Assembly: GCA_963833095.1 (NCBI GenBank)
Contig: CAWHWQ010000001.1
Coordinates: forward strand, 704,001-768,000
DNA length: 64,000 bases
Origin: Vulcanimicrobiota bacterium
GTDB lineage: Bacteria > Vulcanimicrobiota > Vulcanimicrobiia > Vulcanimicrobiales > Vulcanimicrobiaceae
Direction: 5' to 3'
In this document: one piece after another, positions 30,934-39,798 of the stretch
Layout of the letters: every line of letters begins with the position of its first letter
How positions within the stretch are numbered: position 1 is the first letter of the stretch
Notes under the pieces: generated by a model
What the model saw: the letters and a program-made list of their open reading frames with translations, nothing else
The model's database searches: none
Told to the model about the DNA's origin: nothing
Translations under genes and position numbers: made by a program

Positions 30934-31590
30934 TCAGCGGAACGACGCTGCGACACCGCCGCAAATGAGCGCCCAGCCGTCGACCATGACGAAGAGCAGC
31001 AGCTTCACCGGCAGCGAGACAACCGGTGGCTGAAACATCATCATTCCAAGGCCCATTAGCATCGCCGCGACCGCGAGATCGATTGCAACGAACGGCAGAT
31101 AGAGCGCAAAACCGATCGCAAACGCGCCACGCAGCTCGCCCACGACGAAGGCCGGAATCAGGACGTTCAGGGGAGTAGCCGAGAGCGGCTCATTGCGCCG
31201 GTGGGCGACTCGCTCGAAAAGCGCGATGTCGGCAACGCGCGTCTGGCGCAGCATAAAGGCGCGGAGGGGTGCCGATGCGCGATCGAGCGCTTGCGATTGT
31301 GTCAGGGTTCCACGCGCGTACGGCTCGATCGCCTCATGCCCGATACGCTGCAGCGTCGGTTCCATTACTACCAGCGTCAACACCAGCGCGAGGCCCGAGA
31401 GCACCGCATTGGGCGGAAGGGCGGATGCGCCGATAGCGGAGCGTACCAGCGAAAGCACCACCACGATGCGCACGAACGAGGTGCACATCATTAAGAGAAA
31501 CGGCACGATGGCGAGCACGGTGAGGCCTGCCAGTACGTCGAGCGGAAGCGAGGCGTGTCCGCGGGCAGCGACGGCAAAGATTCCATCCAT
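30934..31590 (-). CDS. fliP: Export apparatus protein FliP
   Basis: TSFVRIVVVLSLVR, PPNAVL, LIPAFVVGEL, LPVKLLLFVMVDGW. Confidence 0.96.
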   Translation of the reverse strand: MDGIFAVAARGHASLPLDVLAGLTVLAIVPFLLMMCTSFVRIVVVLSLVRSAIGASALPPNAVLSGLALVLTLVVMEPTLQRIGHEAIEPYARGTLTQSQALDRASAPLRAFMLRQTRVADIALFERVAHRRNEPLSATPLNVLIPAFVVGELRGAFAIGFALYLPFVAIDLAVAAMLMGLGMMMFQPPVVSLPVKLLLFVMVDGWALICGGVAASFR

Positions 31591-31627
31591 ACGAAAAACG
31601 GTGACGCAGCAGCATCACCGTTTCGTA
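31590..31627 (-). terminator. Hairpin with U-tract directly before the fliP start
   Basis: Minus-strand ACGGTGATGC-TGCT-GCGTCACCGT followed by TTTT then CGT ATG; could instead be a protein-binding palindrome. Confidence 0.4.
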
Positions 31628-31658
31628 AAAAAATTATTGCGGAGAAATGAACGAAGGC

Positions 31659-31943
31659 TTACGTATTACCGATCGGCGGCCGCGAGATCAGTTCGGTCAC
31701 GCGCACGCCAAAGTTCTCGTCGACCGCGACAACCTCACCACGTGCGATCAATTTGTTATTGACCATCAAGTCGATCGGGCCGCCGGCGAGCCGATCCAAT
31801 TCGATGATCGAGCCTGCGCCGAGTTTGAGGACTTCGGCTACGGACATGTGACACGTCCCTAATTCCGCCGTGACGCTGAGCGGCACGTGGAGCAACACGT
31901 CGAGGTTTCCGCGATCTTTGACTTTCTTTACGTCGATGGTCAT
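31659..31943 (-). CDS. fliN: C-ring protein FliN
   Basis: [41 protein letters not shown]. Confidence 0.95.
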   Translation of the reverse strand: MTIDVKKVKDRGNLDVLLHVPLSVTAELGTCHMSVAEVLKLGAGSIIELDRLAGGPIDLMVNNKLIARGEVVAVDENFGVRVTELISRPPIGNT

Positions 31944-32746
31944 ACTGCCGGTTCGTCCCTTCCGGTCGGAGTGCGGTCAATTGCCAGAGCGTAGTGCTGA
32001 CCGTTAACACCGCATTCGCCAAGCGCCAGCATCCTCCCGGCAAGTAGCAACGCTCCCCGCACCGCTCCGACCGGCAACGCGAGGACGATTCCGGGTTCGA
32101 GCGCACCGATATCCACGGCCCGATGCCGGCCCAAGTCGACATGCACGGTTAGCTCCAGCGAGAGGTCATCGAGCTCATCGAGCCCGATGGCCGGATGCGC
32201 CGCCGGCAGCGGGTCACGGCTCAGCGCGATACCGATGCGCGACCGCATCGGATGTTCGATCTGCAGTTCGAAAAATGTGGTAAATCCATGCAAATCGGAG
32301 AGCGGCTCGAGGGTGGGTTCACGCGTGGCCGAGCCACAAATCGGTCCGAACTGCAGAGCGATTGCTTGGACGGTTCGCTCCAGCGCCGTACGTTCGAGCG
32401 ATGAGAGCGCGGTTGCGCGCGAAGCGTGTTCGCCAAACACCGCCGCAGCCAGCGCTGATGCGTCTACTGGGCGAACGATCACCGCTGCGTCCGTGTTTGC
32501 CATACGAACGCGATAGATCGTCGCGCCACGCCCGATGGTGCTCCACGCCGCCGGCGTCGGAATCGTCGGTTCGTAAAGTTTTAGCGTTACCGGCTCGCCG
32601 AAGAGCGAACCGAGCGTCTCGCGCACGCCACTGGCCACGATACAGGCTGCGCTGACCGGAAGCATCGATCGCTCTTCGAAGACGGCGTGCCGGATCCGCC
32701 GGCCGCTTTCACGCTGCGATCTCGCAGAGAATCCGAGTGTCTTCAT
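31940..32746 (-). CDS. fliM: Divergent FliM-like C-ring protein (CheC-like middle domain plus SpoA domain)
   Basis: ALSSLERT motif; C-terminal SpoA-like [20 protein letters not shown]; precedes fliN. Confidence 0.65.
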   Translation of the reverse strand: MKTLGFSARSQRESGRRIRHAVFEERSMLPVSAACIVASGVRETLGSLFGEPVTLKLYEPTIPTPAAWSTIGRGATIYRVRMANTDAAVIVRPVDASALAAAVFGEHASRATALSSLERTALERTVQAIALQFGPICGSATREPTLEPLSDLHGFTTFFELQIEHPMRSRIGIALSRDPLPAAHPAIGLDELDDLSLELTVHVDLGRHRAVDIGALEPGIVLALPVGAVRGALLLAGRMLALGECGVNGQHYALAIDRTPTGRDEPAV

Positions 32747-33465
32747 TTCAATAGATCCATTGCGGTCTTGCTGATGCCACCCTGGGCCTTATGCGCGGCT
32801 GCCAACGCATCGAACGCCACGTAGGCCTCTTGAAGCCGGTCAAGACTGCGATCGAAGTCGATGCGGCTTTCCTCGCGCTGCATCGGCGCGACACTCGCGA
32901 AGTTTCCGTCGCCGGCGCGGCCAACGTGCGGCACCGTTCCCGGCGGCGCGACAAAATGATTTGCATCGCTGGCCCCCAACTTGGTGGCTGCCGGAAAGCG
33001 CGCAAGAGCAAGTTGTCCAACGACAACACGTTCGCGCTCGCGAGCGCCACTGCGCGGGTCGACGCTTGTACGATCGTAAGCGAGCGCCCCGCTCGGCTCG
33101 ATTCGCAGTTCGTTCACACGTCCCAGTGCCTCGTCGACCGCGTCGATGTGCAATTCGCTGGTCGCACCGCCCGGCGACGTGAATCCGAGGATCGGCCGTC
33201 CGTTCGCACCGACCAACATTCCGTCAGTAATGGCAAATCCACCGTCGCGCGTATACACGGCGCGGCCACGTTCGTCGGTCGTGACGAAGTAGGCATCCGC
33301 GGGTGGCGCGACGGACAGGGGATCGAGCGCCGCGCGCGAGGTTGCCCGATCCGTTGCAGCATCACCGAACTGCGGCACGGCTCCCGGTGTGAACGCGCGT
33401 TGCACGTCTTGCGCGCGCTGCGCGATGCGGTCGAGCGCGTCTTGCGTCGCCGCGTTGATCATCAC
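32743..33465 (-). CDS. Rod-like protein, FlgF/FlgG family
   Basis: AYFV..YTRDGGF..LVGANG, VGQLALARF; terminal D0-like helices are divergent. Confidence 0.8.
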   Translation of the reverse strand: MMINAATQDALDRIAQRAQDVQRAFTPGAVPQFGDAATDRATSRAALDPLSVAPPADAYFVTTDERGRAVYTRDGGFAITDGMLVGANGRPILGFTSPGGATSELHIDAVDEALGRVNELRIEPSGALAYDRTSVDPRSGARERERVVVGQLALARFPAATKLGASDANHFVAPPGTVPHVGRAGDGNFASVAPMQREESRIDFDRSLDRLQEAYVAFDALAAAHKAQGGISKTAMDLLK

Positions 33466-33469
33466 GAGC

Positions 33470-34006
33470 TCACACCCCGCTTAGGTCGATGCGCAGCGCG
33501 ATGCCGCGCAGGGCTAGGGCATAGCGCGCTTCCTCGAGCGCGCGGGCCACACTCGAACGGACCGCAGCCGGGCATACGGCAACCAGCCGAATTCCGGACG
33601 CCGTGGTTTGCAGCGCGACATGCACCCGCGCTTGCGCTCCATCGATCGTGAATGTCGCGCGCCTGTTCGAGCGCACCGGATCGAGAAACGCGCGCTCGAT
33701 GCGCCGGGCGAGCGGCGAACGCTCCGCGCGGCGTTCCGGCGGCGCGGCGGTGCGCCGCGTCATCTGGCCCTTTCGCTCGGCGCCCGCGGGCGGCTGTTCG
33801 GGGGAAAGGCGGCGCGAGTATTCGCCGGCGCGCCGTTGCTCGCGCTGGATCGCCGCGTGCTTCGGGCTCGTATGGTCGCACGAAGCCGGCGAGCTCCTCG
33901 CCTGCGCAAGGTGCAGCGCCGAGTACCAGGCCTGCGAGAGAGAGCGCCGGTCGATCGCTGCCAGCGGCGCGGTAAGAATGCTAAAGCCCAACTGATGCGT
34001 GATCAT
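33470..34006 (-). CDS. Short FliK-like (T3S4 domain) length-control protein
   Basis: Low-complexity N-terminus, then ARVHVALQTTASGIRLVAV..VRSSVARALEEARYALALRGIAL resembling the FliK C-terminal domain; cluster context. Confidence 0.55.
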   Translation of the reverse strand: MITHQLGFSILTAPLAAIDRRSLSQAWYSALHLAQARSSPASCDHTSPKHAAIQREQRRAGEYSRRLSPEQPPAGAERKGQMTRRTAAPPERRAERSPLARRIERAFLDPVRSNRRATFTIDGAQARVHVALQTTASGIRLVAVCPAAVRSSVARALEEARYALALRGIALRIDLSGV

Positions 34007-34048
34007 GCCCGCATGGTGCGCGCCGACGGTGAACGGCGCGTCACCGAA

Positions 34049-35674
34049 TTAATGCGGGATTGTGAGCACGTCGAGCTTGCGGTCGTGCCCGTCGTCGAAG
34101 CCCTGCGCGCGCTGCAGGAACAACCCGTGATTGGCCAGGTCAAAGGTCAACACGAAATTTCGCAGCGAGGCATACCCAACATTGCCGCCGTCATTGCGAT
34201 CGGCAAAGGCGCCCGTGGTGCCGAGCACAACATCCGTGTAGCGATTGAATAGCCGGTACGGCCCCAGTTGCAACACGGCTACCACCGCGCCGACTGCGGC
34301 CACCGATCCACCGATGCCGCGATTGAGTTGGGGACCATAGTGCGCGGTCGAGACGAGTCCGGGATGCTCATCCAGGAAACTCTTGAAAAGCAGCAATTCG
34401 TTCGCGTCTCCCGTGTCGACGATCACGCGCGTCGGTGCATCTTGTATCTGCGCGACGATTTCGGGAAGTTCGCGGTCGGTGTCGACATCGAGCCGAATGC
34501 CGTCGGGGGCAAGGCTCCCGGGCTCCGCAATGGTCAGCGTCCCCTGTGTGGGATCAAAACGCAGTTCGGCCGCTGCAAAGAACGGATAGCCCAAGATTCC
34601 GTCAACGTGCATTGACGAGAGCGGAGGCAAATCGAGAGCGGTTGCAAGGTGCATGGGGAAGGTGACGCCGCCAATCGTGATCGGCGGCGCGTCGACCACG
34701 CCCGGGCTTGTTGTGCGTCCGGCTCCGCGGATCTCCACCGTTCCTTGGGGATGCAGCCCAAGCGCCGAAACGAGCGACGCATCAAAGACATCGGCTTGGG
34801 CAGCGGAGTCGATCAAGAACGTATACGATTTTCCTTCGATCGTAACGTTCGTATAGATCAGGCCGCCGCGTTCTTGATACGGCACCGTCACAGGCGCCCC
34901 ATTGTCGACCACCGCAACCGTAAACGGCGAGAAGATACTCGCCGCGATCGGTTGATCGACCGTAACGTTGGTAACTTGGGAGGTGATGTCAAAGCGGTGC
35001 TCACCGTCCGAGTCGACCTCGGTGAAGGGAATCAAAAATCCGCCGACGACTCGATAATCGCTGTAAACCGCGACGTGCGTGCTGTCGTGATCGACGTAGG
35101 ATTTTTCATCGATGAGCCACGTCTTGGCGTCGATACCGATCTCGTAGGTCTCGCCGCTCGGCGGTGAGATCCGCAGCCGATAGATGGATCGTCCGTCAGG
35201 GAGCGTCGCGACGGCGATATACCGTACCCACTCGGAATGCGACGCAAAAAGGTCACTATCGATAAAATCCTCGGTGACCTGCCGGCGTGCAACGATGCCT
35301 TGCAACTCGCGGATCTCGCCGTTGGGATTTTGCTCCCATAGCCTGTCGCCGACGCGTAACATGCGATCGGTTCGAATGCCGAAGGACTCGTCGCGTCGTT
35401 CGCTATCACCCCGCTGCCACTCGTGAAACGTTCCTGCAATGCCGACGCCAAGGAGCGTGCCGGTTGTCTCGTGCGTCCTCGGTTCGCGCAAATGCAGGGC
35501 AGCAAGAGCGGCGACGTGGTTAGCTAGGATCGTGGACAGTGGAGGGGCTTGCGGTTTCGTTTGGGCGCAGAGTGCGGCTACGCACGCGAGGAGCGAGGCG
35601 CTACGGCGTAGCGTTTCCGCGATACTTCGCGTAGCTGGAGAGGACGTTTTGCACGTAATTCTGCGTCTCGGCAT
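34049..35674 (-). CDS. Secreted protein with two retropepsin-like aspartyl protease domains
   Basis: FLIDSAA..VDGILG and IVDTG..GNVG; LolA-like N-terminal region; start uncertain (ATG 35674 overlaps the transglycosylase gene). Confidence 0.75.
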   Translation of the reverse strand: MPRRRITCKTSSPATRSIAETLRRSASLLACVAALCAQTKPQAPPLSTILANHVAALAALHLREPRTHETTGTLLGVGIAGTFHEWQRGDSERRDESFGIRTDRMLRVGDRLWEQNPNGEIRELQGIVARRQVTEDFIDSDLFASHSEWVRYIAVATLPDGRSIYRLRISPPSGETYEIGIDAKTWLIDEKSYVDHDSTHVAVYSDYRVVGGFLIPFTEVDSDGEHRFDITSQVTNVTVDQPIAASIFSPFTVAVVDNGAPVTVPYQERGGLIYTNVTIEGKSYTFLIDSAAQADVFDASLVSALGLHPQGTVEIRGAGRTTSPGVVDAPPITIGGVTFPMHLATALDLPPLSSMHVDGILGYPFFAAAELRFDPTQGTLTIAEPGSLAPDGIRLDVDTDRELPEIVAQIQDAPTRVIVDTGDANELLLFKSFLDEHPGLVSTAHYGPQLNRGIGGSVAAVGAVVAVLQLGPYRLFNRYTDVVLGTTGAFADRNDGGNVGYASLRNFVLTFDLANHGLFLQRAQGFDDGHDRKLDVLTIPH

Positions 35675-36197
35675 ACGGGGGTACGCCGCCATACTTCTCC
35701 ACTGCGCCGGGACCCGCATTGTAGGCCGCGACCGCAAGGCGAACATCGCCGTTGAAATGGTCGAGCAAGCCTTTGATGTACTTGGTGCCACCTGCTACGT
35801 TCTGCGAAGGATCGTAGGCATCTGTGACACCGAGACCCGCAGCGGTACCAGGCATGAGCTGCATCAAGCCCTGCGCGCCGACGTTCGAGGTAGCGTGCGC
35901 ATTAAAGCCCGACTCGTTGGCAATGATTGCCTTGATCAGCGCCGGATCGACGTTTTGCGACTGCGCATTGTCATTGACCAGGGCATCGATCTGCGCCGGC
36001 GGTAGCATCGCAGGTGCGCCGGGTGCGCCTTGTGCGCTCAGTTCGGTACCCTGAGCAGCCATTTGCGATTGCAACATCGAGGCGAACGAACCCGCACCAT
36101 CCGGAGCGGCTTGGGGCAGACCGGGCAATTGCACGGGAGCGCCCGTGATCTGTTCGATACGGGAAGCGACGGCTGAGAGTTCAGTGCTGATATCCAT
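35601..36197 (-). CDS. Lytic transglycosylase (SLT domain)
   Basis: AIIANESGF, GAQGLMQLMP, AAYNAGPG, ETQNYV; no Sec signal peptide. Confidence 0.95.
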   Translation of the reverse strand: MDISTELSAVASRIEQITGAPVQLPGLPQAAPDGAGSFASMLQSQMAAQGTELSAQGAPGAPAMLPPAQIDALVNDNAQSQNVDPALIKAIIANESGFNAHATSNVGAQGLMQLMPGTAAGLGVTDAYDPSQNVAGGTKYIKGLLDHFNGDVRLAVAAYNAGPGAVEKYGGVPPYAETQNYVQNVLSSYAKYRGNATP

Positions 36198-37227
36198 GGG
36201 CTTCCTCCAACATATCGGCGGTTTGGTGCAAGGCCTCTAGGGCCGCGGCCACGGTTATGGGCTGCGGGCCCTGACGCAGGAGCCGCTCGAGCGCGCTCTC
36301 AGCCGCAATCGCGACTTTCGTCTGCGGATCGGCCGGTTCTATGCCAAGCGAGCGAGCGTCGGCGCAACGCTCCAGCCGAGCCAGCGCCGCCCGGACCAGC
36401 GCTGCGGCGCGCTGATGTTCCGCAGTGGCGACCGCGTCCATCGTGCGGCTTGCGCTGGCGAGCACGTCGATAGCCGGAAAGTGCCCGGCGTGAGCAAGTC
36501 GCGATGAAAGCGCGAGATGCCCATCGAGCAGCGAGCGCGCGTTTTCGCTGACGGGGTCGCGATCCTCACCATCGGTCAGGACCGTTGCAATCAACGTGAC
36601 CGATCCATCCGTGAATGCGCCGGCACGCTCGACGAGTTGTGCGGTACGCGCGAAGACGCTCGGCGGATAGCCGCCGCGTCCGACGCTTTCGCCCCTCGCG
36701 ACGGCAAGTTCACGCAGCGCATTGGCATAACGCGCCAAGCTATCGAGGACCGCCACTACGTGCAAACCACGAGCTGCTAGCGCACATGCATGCGCCATGA
36801 GTAATTCCGCCGCGCGCACGCGCTCATGCGCTGTCCGATCGCTGGTGGCGCAGATCACCGTCGTTCGCTCGTCGCGCGCAGCGATCCAACGCTGCGCTTC
36901 GCGGCCGCGCTCGCCGACCAGACCAATGGCAACAGCGTCCGCGCGCGCCCCGCGGACGATCGTTTCGAGCAGGGTAGATTTGCCGGCACCCGGCGCACCG
37001 AAGATTCCGATGCGCGCACCGCGTCCGACCGTAAGCAACGCATCGATGCTTCGCACACCGGTCCACAACGGCGTGACAATCGCGCTGCGCTGGGCCGGCG
37101 TTGCCGCCGGCGCGCCGACGAGAACGTAGACGCCGTCGAGCGGAGCTAGTCCGTCCAGCGGTTCACCGCGCCCGTCGAGCGCCCGCCCGAACGCCGCCGT
37201 GCCGAGCATCGCCCGATCGGCAATCAC
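36181..37227 (-). CDS. fliI: FliI/SctN-type export ATPase lacking the N-terminal domain
   Basis: GAPGAGKS, GERGRE, LDSLARYA, GYPPS, GHFPAID; 348 aa. Confidence 0.9.
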   Translation of the reverse strand: MIADRAMLGTAAFGRALDGRGEPLDGLAPLDGVYVLVGAPAATPAQRSAIVTPLWTGVRSIDALLTVGRGARIGIFGAPGAGKSTLLETIVRGARADAVAIGLVGERGREAQRWIAARDERTTVICATSDRTAHERVRAAELLMAHACALAARGLHVVAVLDSLARYANALRELAVARGESVGRGGYPPSVFARTAQLVERAGAFTDGSVTLIATVLTDGEDRDPVSENARSLLDGHLALSSRLAHAGHFPAIDVLASASRTMDAVATAEHQRAAALVRAALARLERCADARSLGIEPADPQTKVAIAAESALERLLRQGPQPITVAAALEALHQTADMLEEAHGYQH

Positions 37228-37709
37228 GCGCCGGCTCGCGCCAGCATCTGTTCGATGCGAACACCCAAACGCGCATCGATCGATCCGCTGCGTAGCTCGA
37301 TCTGCACGTCGTCGCTGCGCAGCGACGCATCCGGAAGAACCGGAACGTCGAAATCATGGAGCCGCTGCTGCGATGGATGCACGCGCACTGCCACCGGAAT
37401 CTCCCCACAGCGTTCGCGGGCGCGTCGCACGATCGCTTCGATATCAGCCGGTGCGAGAAGCAATTCACGGCCGACGACGTCGATCGCGATCTCGCGCAAA
37501 AGCTCGGTGAGCGAACGGTCGAGGGCGTCTGCCAGCATCGCGCGGAAGCGTCGTAGGCGCTCGCACACATCTGCGACGAGCTGCTCGTCCGGCGGCATCT
37601 CGCTGGGCTCGGGCTCGCCTTGCGGGTCTTCAACGAGCGTTTCTTGTTCTACGATGATAACCGGCGGATCTTTGCGCAGCCAGGCTGCAAATGTCATAAA
37701 CTCAGGCAT
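37224..37709 (-). CDS. fliH: Short FliH-like protein
   Basis: VAVRVHPS..PDASLRSDDVQIELRSGSIDARL; lies between fliF and fliI. Confidence 0.8.
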   Translation of the reverse strand: MPEFMTFAAWLRKDPPVIIVEQETLVEDPQGEPEPSEMPPDEQLVADVCERLRRFRAMLADALDRSLTELLREIAIDVVGRELLLAPADIEAIVRRARERCGEIPVAVRVHPSQQRLHDFDVPVLPDASLRSDDVQIELRSGSIDARLGVRIEQMLARAGA

Positions 37710-39174
37710 GACGCGCCAGCAATTCGTCGGCATTGGGGATCACCGAGCTGTGGGTGCGCGCCATGCGCTTCACAATCGCTTCGCGCTCGTGCGGCGGATA
37801 GAGTTCGAGTACCGCAGCCGCGGTTGCAGCCGGAAGCGCGCTGATGATCGCCGCCGCCGTATGCGGCGGCTCTCCCGCCAGCGCGCCGCGCACGCGCGCC
37901 GGTGCATAACCCGTCACAGTACGTGAGGTGCGCGCGATCGCGTCGCGTTCGAGCGCGCCTTTGATCAAGGCGTGCACGTTCGGCAGCAGGTAGCGCCCGA
38001 ACGCGAGCAGACCGATCACGATCGCGAGCGTCGGCAAGAGCGGCACGACCGCGCCATAGAGCAGAAACCATGCATCATGCTTTTCTGCTAGGACACGATG
38101 AAACGCCACCGCCTGTACGCTCAATTCGTCGCCACGATGAGGATCGAAGCCGACAGTCGCTGCCGCCAGTTCGCGAACCTTGGCTAGGTCCGCGCCACGA
38201 CCAGCATCAACGAATACGGCGGTTGAAATCCGCGCGATCGCGCCCGGATCAGCATGCGCGACGCTTTCGTGCGTCTCGCTTCCGCGGTCGTCATGCTCGT
38301 CGTTCTTTGCGTATTTCTTGCCTCCGCCGTCGTAGGATTCGGTTTGCGCGCTGCTCTCGATCGGATCGCCGCCGATCGGCGAGCGCCGCGTGTCGCGCTC
38401 CTCCGAGGTCGCATGCGTATATTCGGCGTGCACGCGCACGATTGCAACCCCCGCGCCAAGCGAGGAATCCAACGCCGACTGCAGCGATCGCTCCAGGGCG
38501 TCGGGATCGTCGCCGCCGGTACCACTGTCATCGAGCGCGACGCCGCGATCGTCCAGGATCGTCACATTGGCCGGATCGAGCCCTTCGACCGAGGCGCCGA
38601 CGAAGCGTCGGATCCCGGCCACGGCGTCACGCGAAAGGACGGCGCCGGGATGCAGTTGTATGCGCACGCTCGCCGTGGCTGGGCGCGTGCTCTGATCCGC
38701 GAACTGCGCGCTTTGCGCCGGCGCCACGATCACGCGCGCATCGTCGACGCCGTCGACGCTGCGTAGCGCCACTTGAACATCGCCCGCAAGGCCGCTGCGC
38801 GTTTGCGCATCGATAACCGCTTGAGGCGTCAACACGCCGACATTGGCAAGCGCCTCACCCATGGTCTCAACGTGCGCGTGGGGGACGCCCGCTAGCGAGA
38901 GACGCAAGAGCAAATCGCTGCGCCGGGCCGCGTCGACGATGACGTTGTCGTCGCTAGGCGAAAACGGCACGCTCCAGGCAGCGAGTTGTTCCTGCACCTC
39001 GGCAAGCTGGTCGGCGTGGAGCGGGCTTGCAAAAAGCGGCGCACGGTCCGGGTGTCCGACGATCGTCGCGACAACCGCAAATCCCACCAAGAGAGCGACG
39101 ATGGCAGCCGCGACAATTCGCATGGACGGTGGAAGCGCACGCACGCGAGCGATAGTCGAGTGCAACTGCAGCAT
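37702..39174 (-). CDS. fliF: MS-ring protein FliF fused to a FliG-middle-like domain
   Basis: TM, RBM domains (VDDARVIVA, ATASV, VEGLDPANVTILDDRG, GFDPHRGD), second TM, then GEPPHTAAAIISALPAATAAAVLELYP..IVKRMA resembling the FliG EHPQ region. Confidence 0.85.
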   Translation of the reverse strand: MLQLHSTIARVRALPPSMRIVAAAIVALLVGFAVVATIVGHPDRAPLFASPLHADQLAEVQEQLAAWSVPFSPSDDNVIVDAARRSDLLLRLSLAGVPHAHVETMGEALANVGVLTPQAVIDAQTRSGLAGDVQVALRSVDGVDDARVIVAPAQSAQFADQSTRPATASVRIQLHPGAVLSRDAVAGIRRFVGASVEGLDPANVTILDDRGVALDDSGTGGDDPDALERSLQSALDSSLGAGVAIVRVHAEYTHATSEERDTRRSPIGGDPIESSAQTESYDGGGKKYAKNDEHDDRGSETHESVAHADPGAIARISTAVFVDAGRGADLAKVRELAAATVGFDPHRGDELSVQAVAFHRVLAEKHDAWFLLYGAVVPLLPTLAIVIGLLAFGRYLLPNVHALIKGALERDAIARTSRTVTGYAPARVRGALAGEPPHTAAAIISALPAATAAAVLELYPPHEREAIVKRMARTHSSVIPNADELLARHA

Positions 39175-39175
39175 G

Positions 39176-39472
39176 TTAGATCTGTAAGTTCAGGAGCGTT
39201 TGCACGGTCTGCGCACTGCGCTGCGCGGCGGCTGTCGCGACCGAGAGCGCCACATCGGCCTGAGCTCGCTGATACATTGCATCTTGCAGCGAGCCGGTGC
39301 CCGCGGCATAGGCATCCTCTGCCTGCGTCGCGTCACCAAGCGCGCGACCAATCGCATCAAGAGCTCCGGCAAAATCCGATCCGCAGGACGCGGCTCTAGC
39401 TTCCAAGTCCTCGAAGGGCGACCGACCGGAGGAGGGTGGAACCGTGTCTGGCGTAAGCAGTTCGACCTTCAC
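39176..39472 (-). CDS. fliE: FliE-like basal body protein
   Basis: FAGALD..AEDAYAAG..LQDAM..QADVAL..QTLLNLQI; GTG 39472 overlaps flgC stop. Confidence 0.85.
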   Translation of the reverse strand: MKVELLTPDTVPPSSGRSPFEDLEARAASCGSDFAGALDAIGRALGDATQAEDAYAAGTGSLQDAMYQRAQADVALSVATAAAQRSAQTVQTLLNLQI

Positions 39473-39798
39473 GCCAGTCGCCCCATATCGATCGTGCGTT
39501 CTTCGAGCGTCTTGCCTACATCGAAGAGCGAGGCGTCCGATTCGTAGGCGCGCGACGCGTTCATCACTGCAATCATCTCGGTAATCACGTCGACGTTGGT
39601 TCCCCGCTCCTGATGCGTGCCCGCGAACTGCACGGCAGTGCCGTCGCCGTCTTCGGTAAGCGCAAATTCGGGAATCAGGCGAGCGTAATGGCCATTTGGA
39701 CCCGCCGCCTCGGCGGCGGCCACATTTCGCGCGCACACGTCGAGCGCCGCGCGCTGCGCGTCCATTGCGGCGGCCGCGCTCGCGAGCAGATCGATCAT
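39469..39798 (-). CDS. flgC: Short FlgC proximal rod protein
   Basis: AMDAQRAALDVCARNVA..Y.R; NVDVITEMIAVMNASRAYE. Confidence 0.88.
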   Translation of the reverse strand: MIDLLASAAAAMDAQRAALDVCARNVAAAEAAGPNGHYARLIPEFALTEDGDGTAVQFAGTHQERGTNVDVITEMIAVMNASRAYESDASLFDVGKTLEERTIDMGRLA

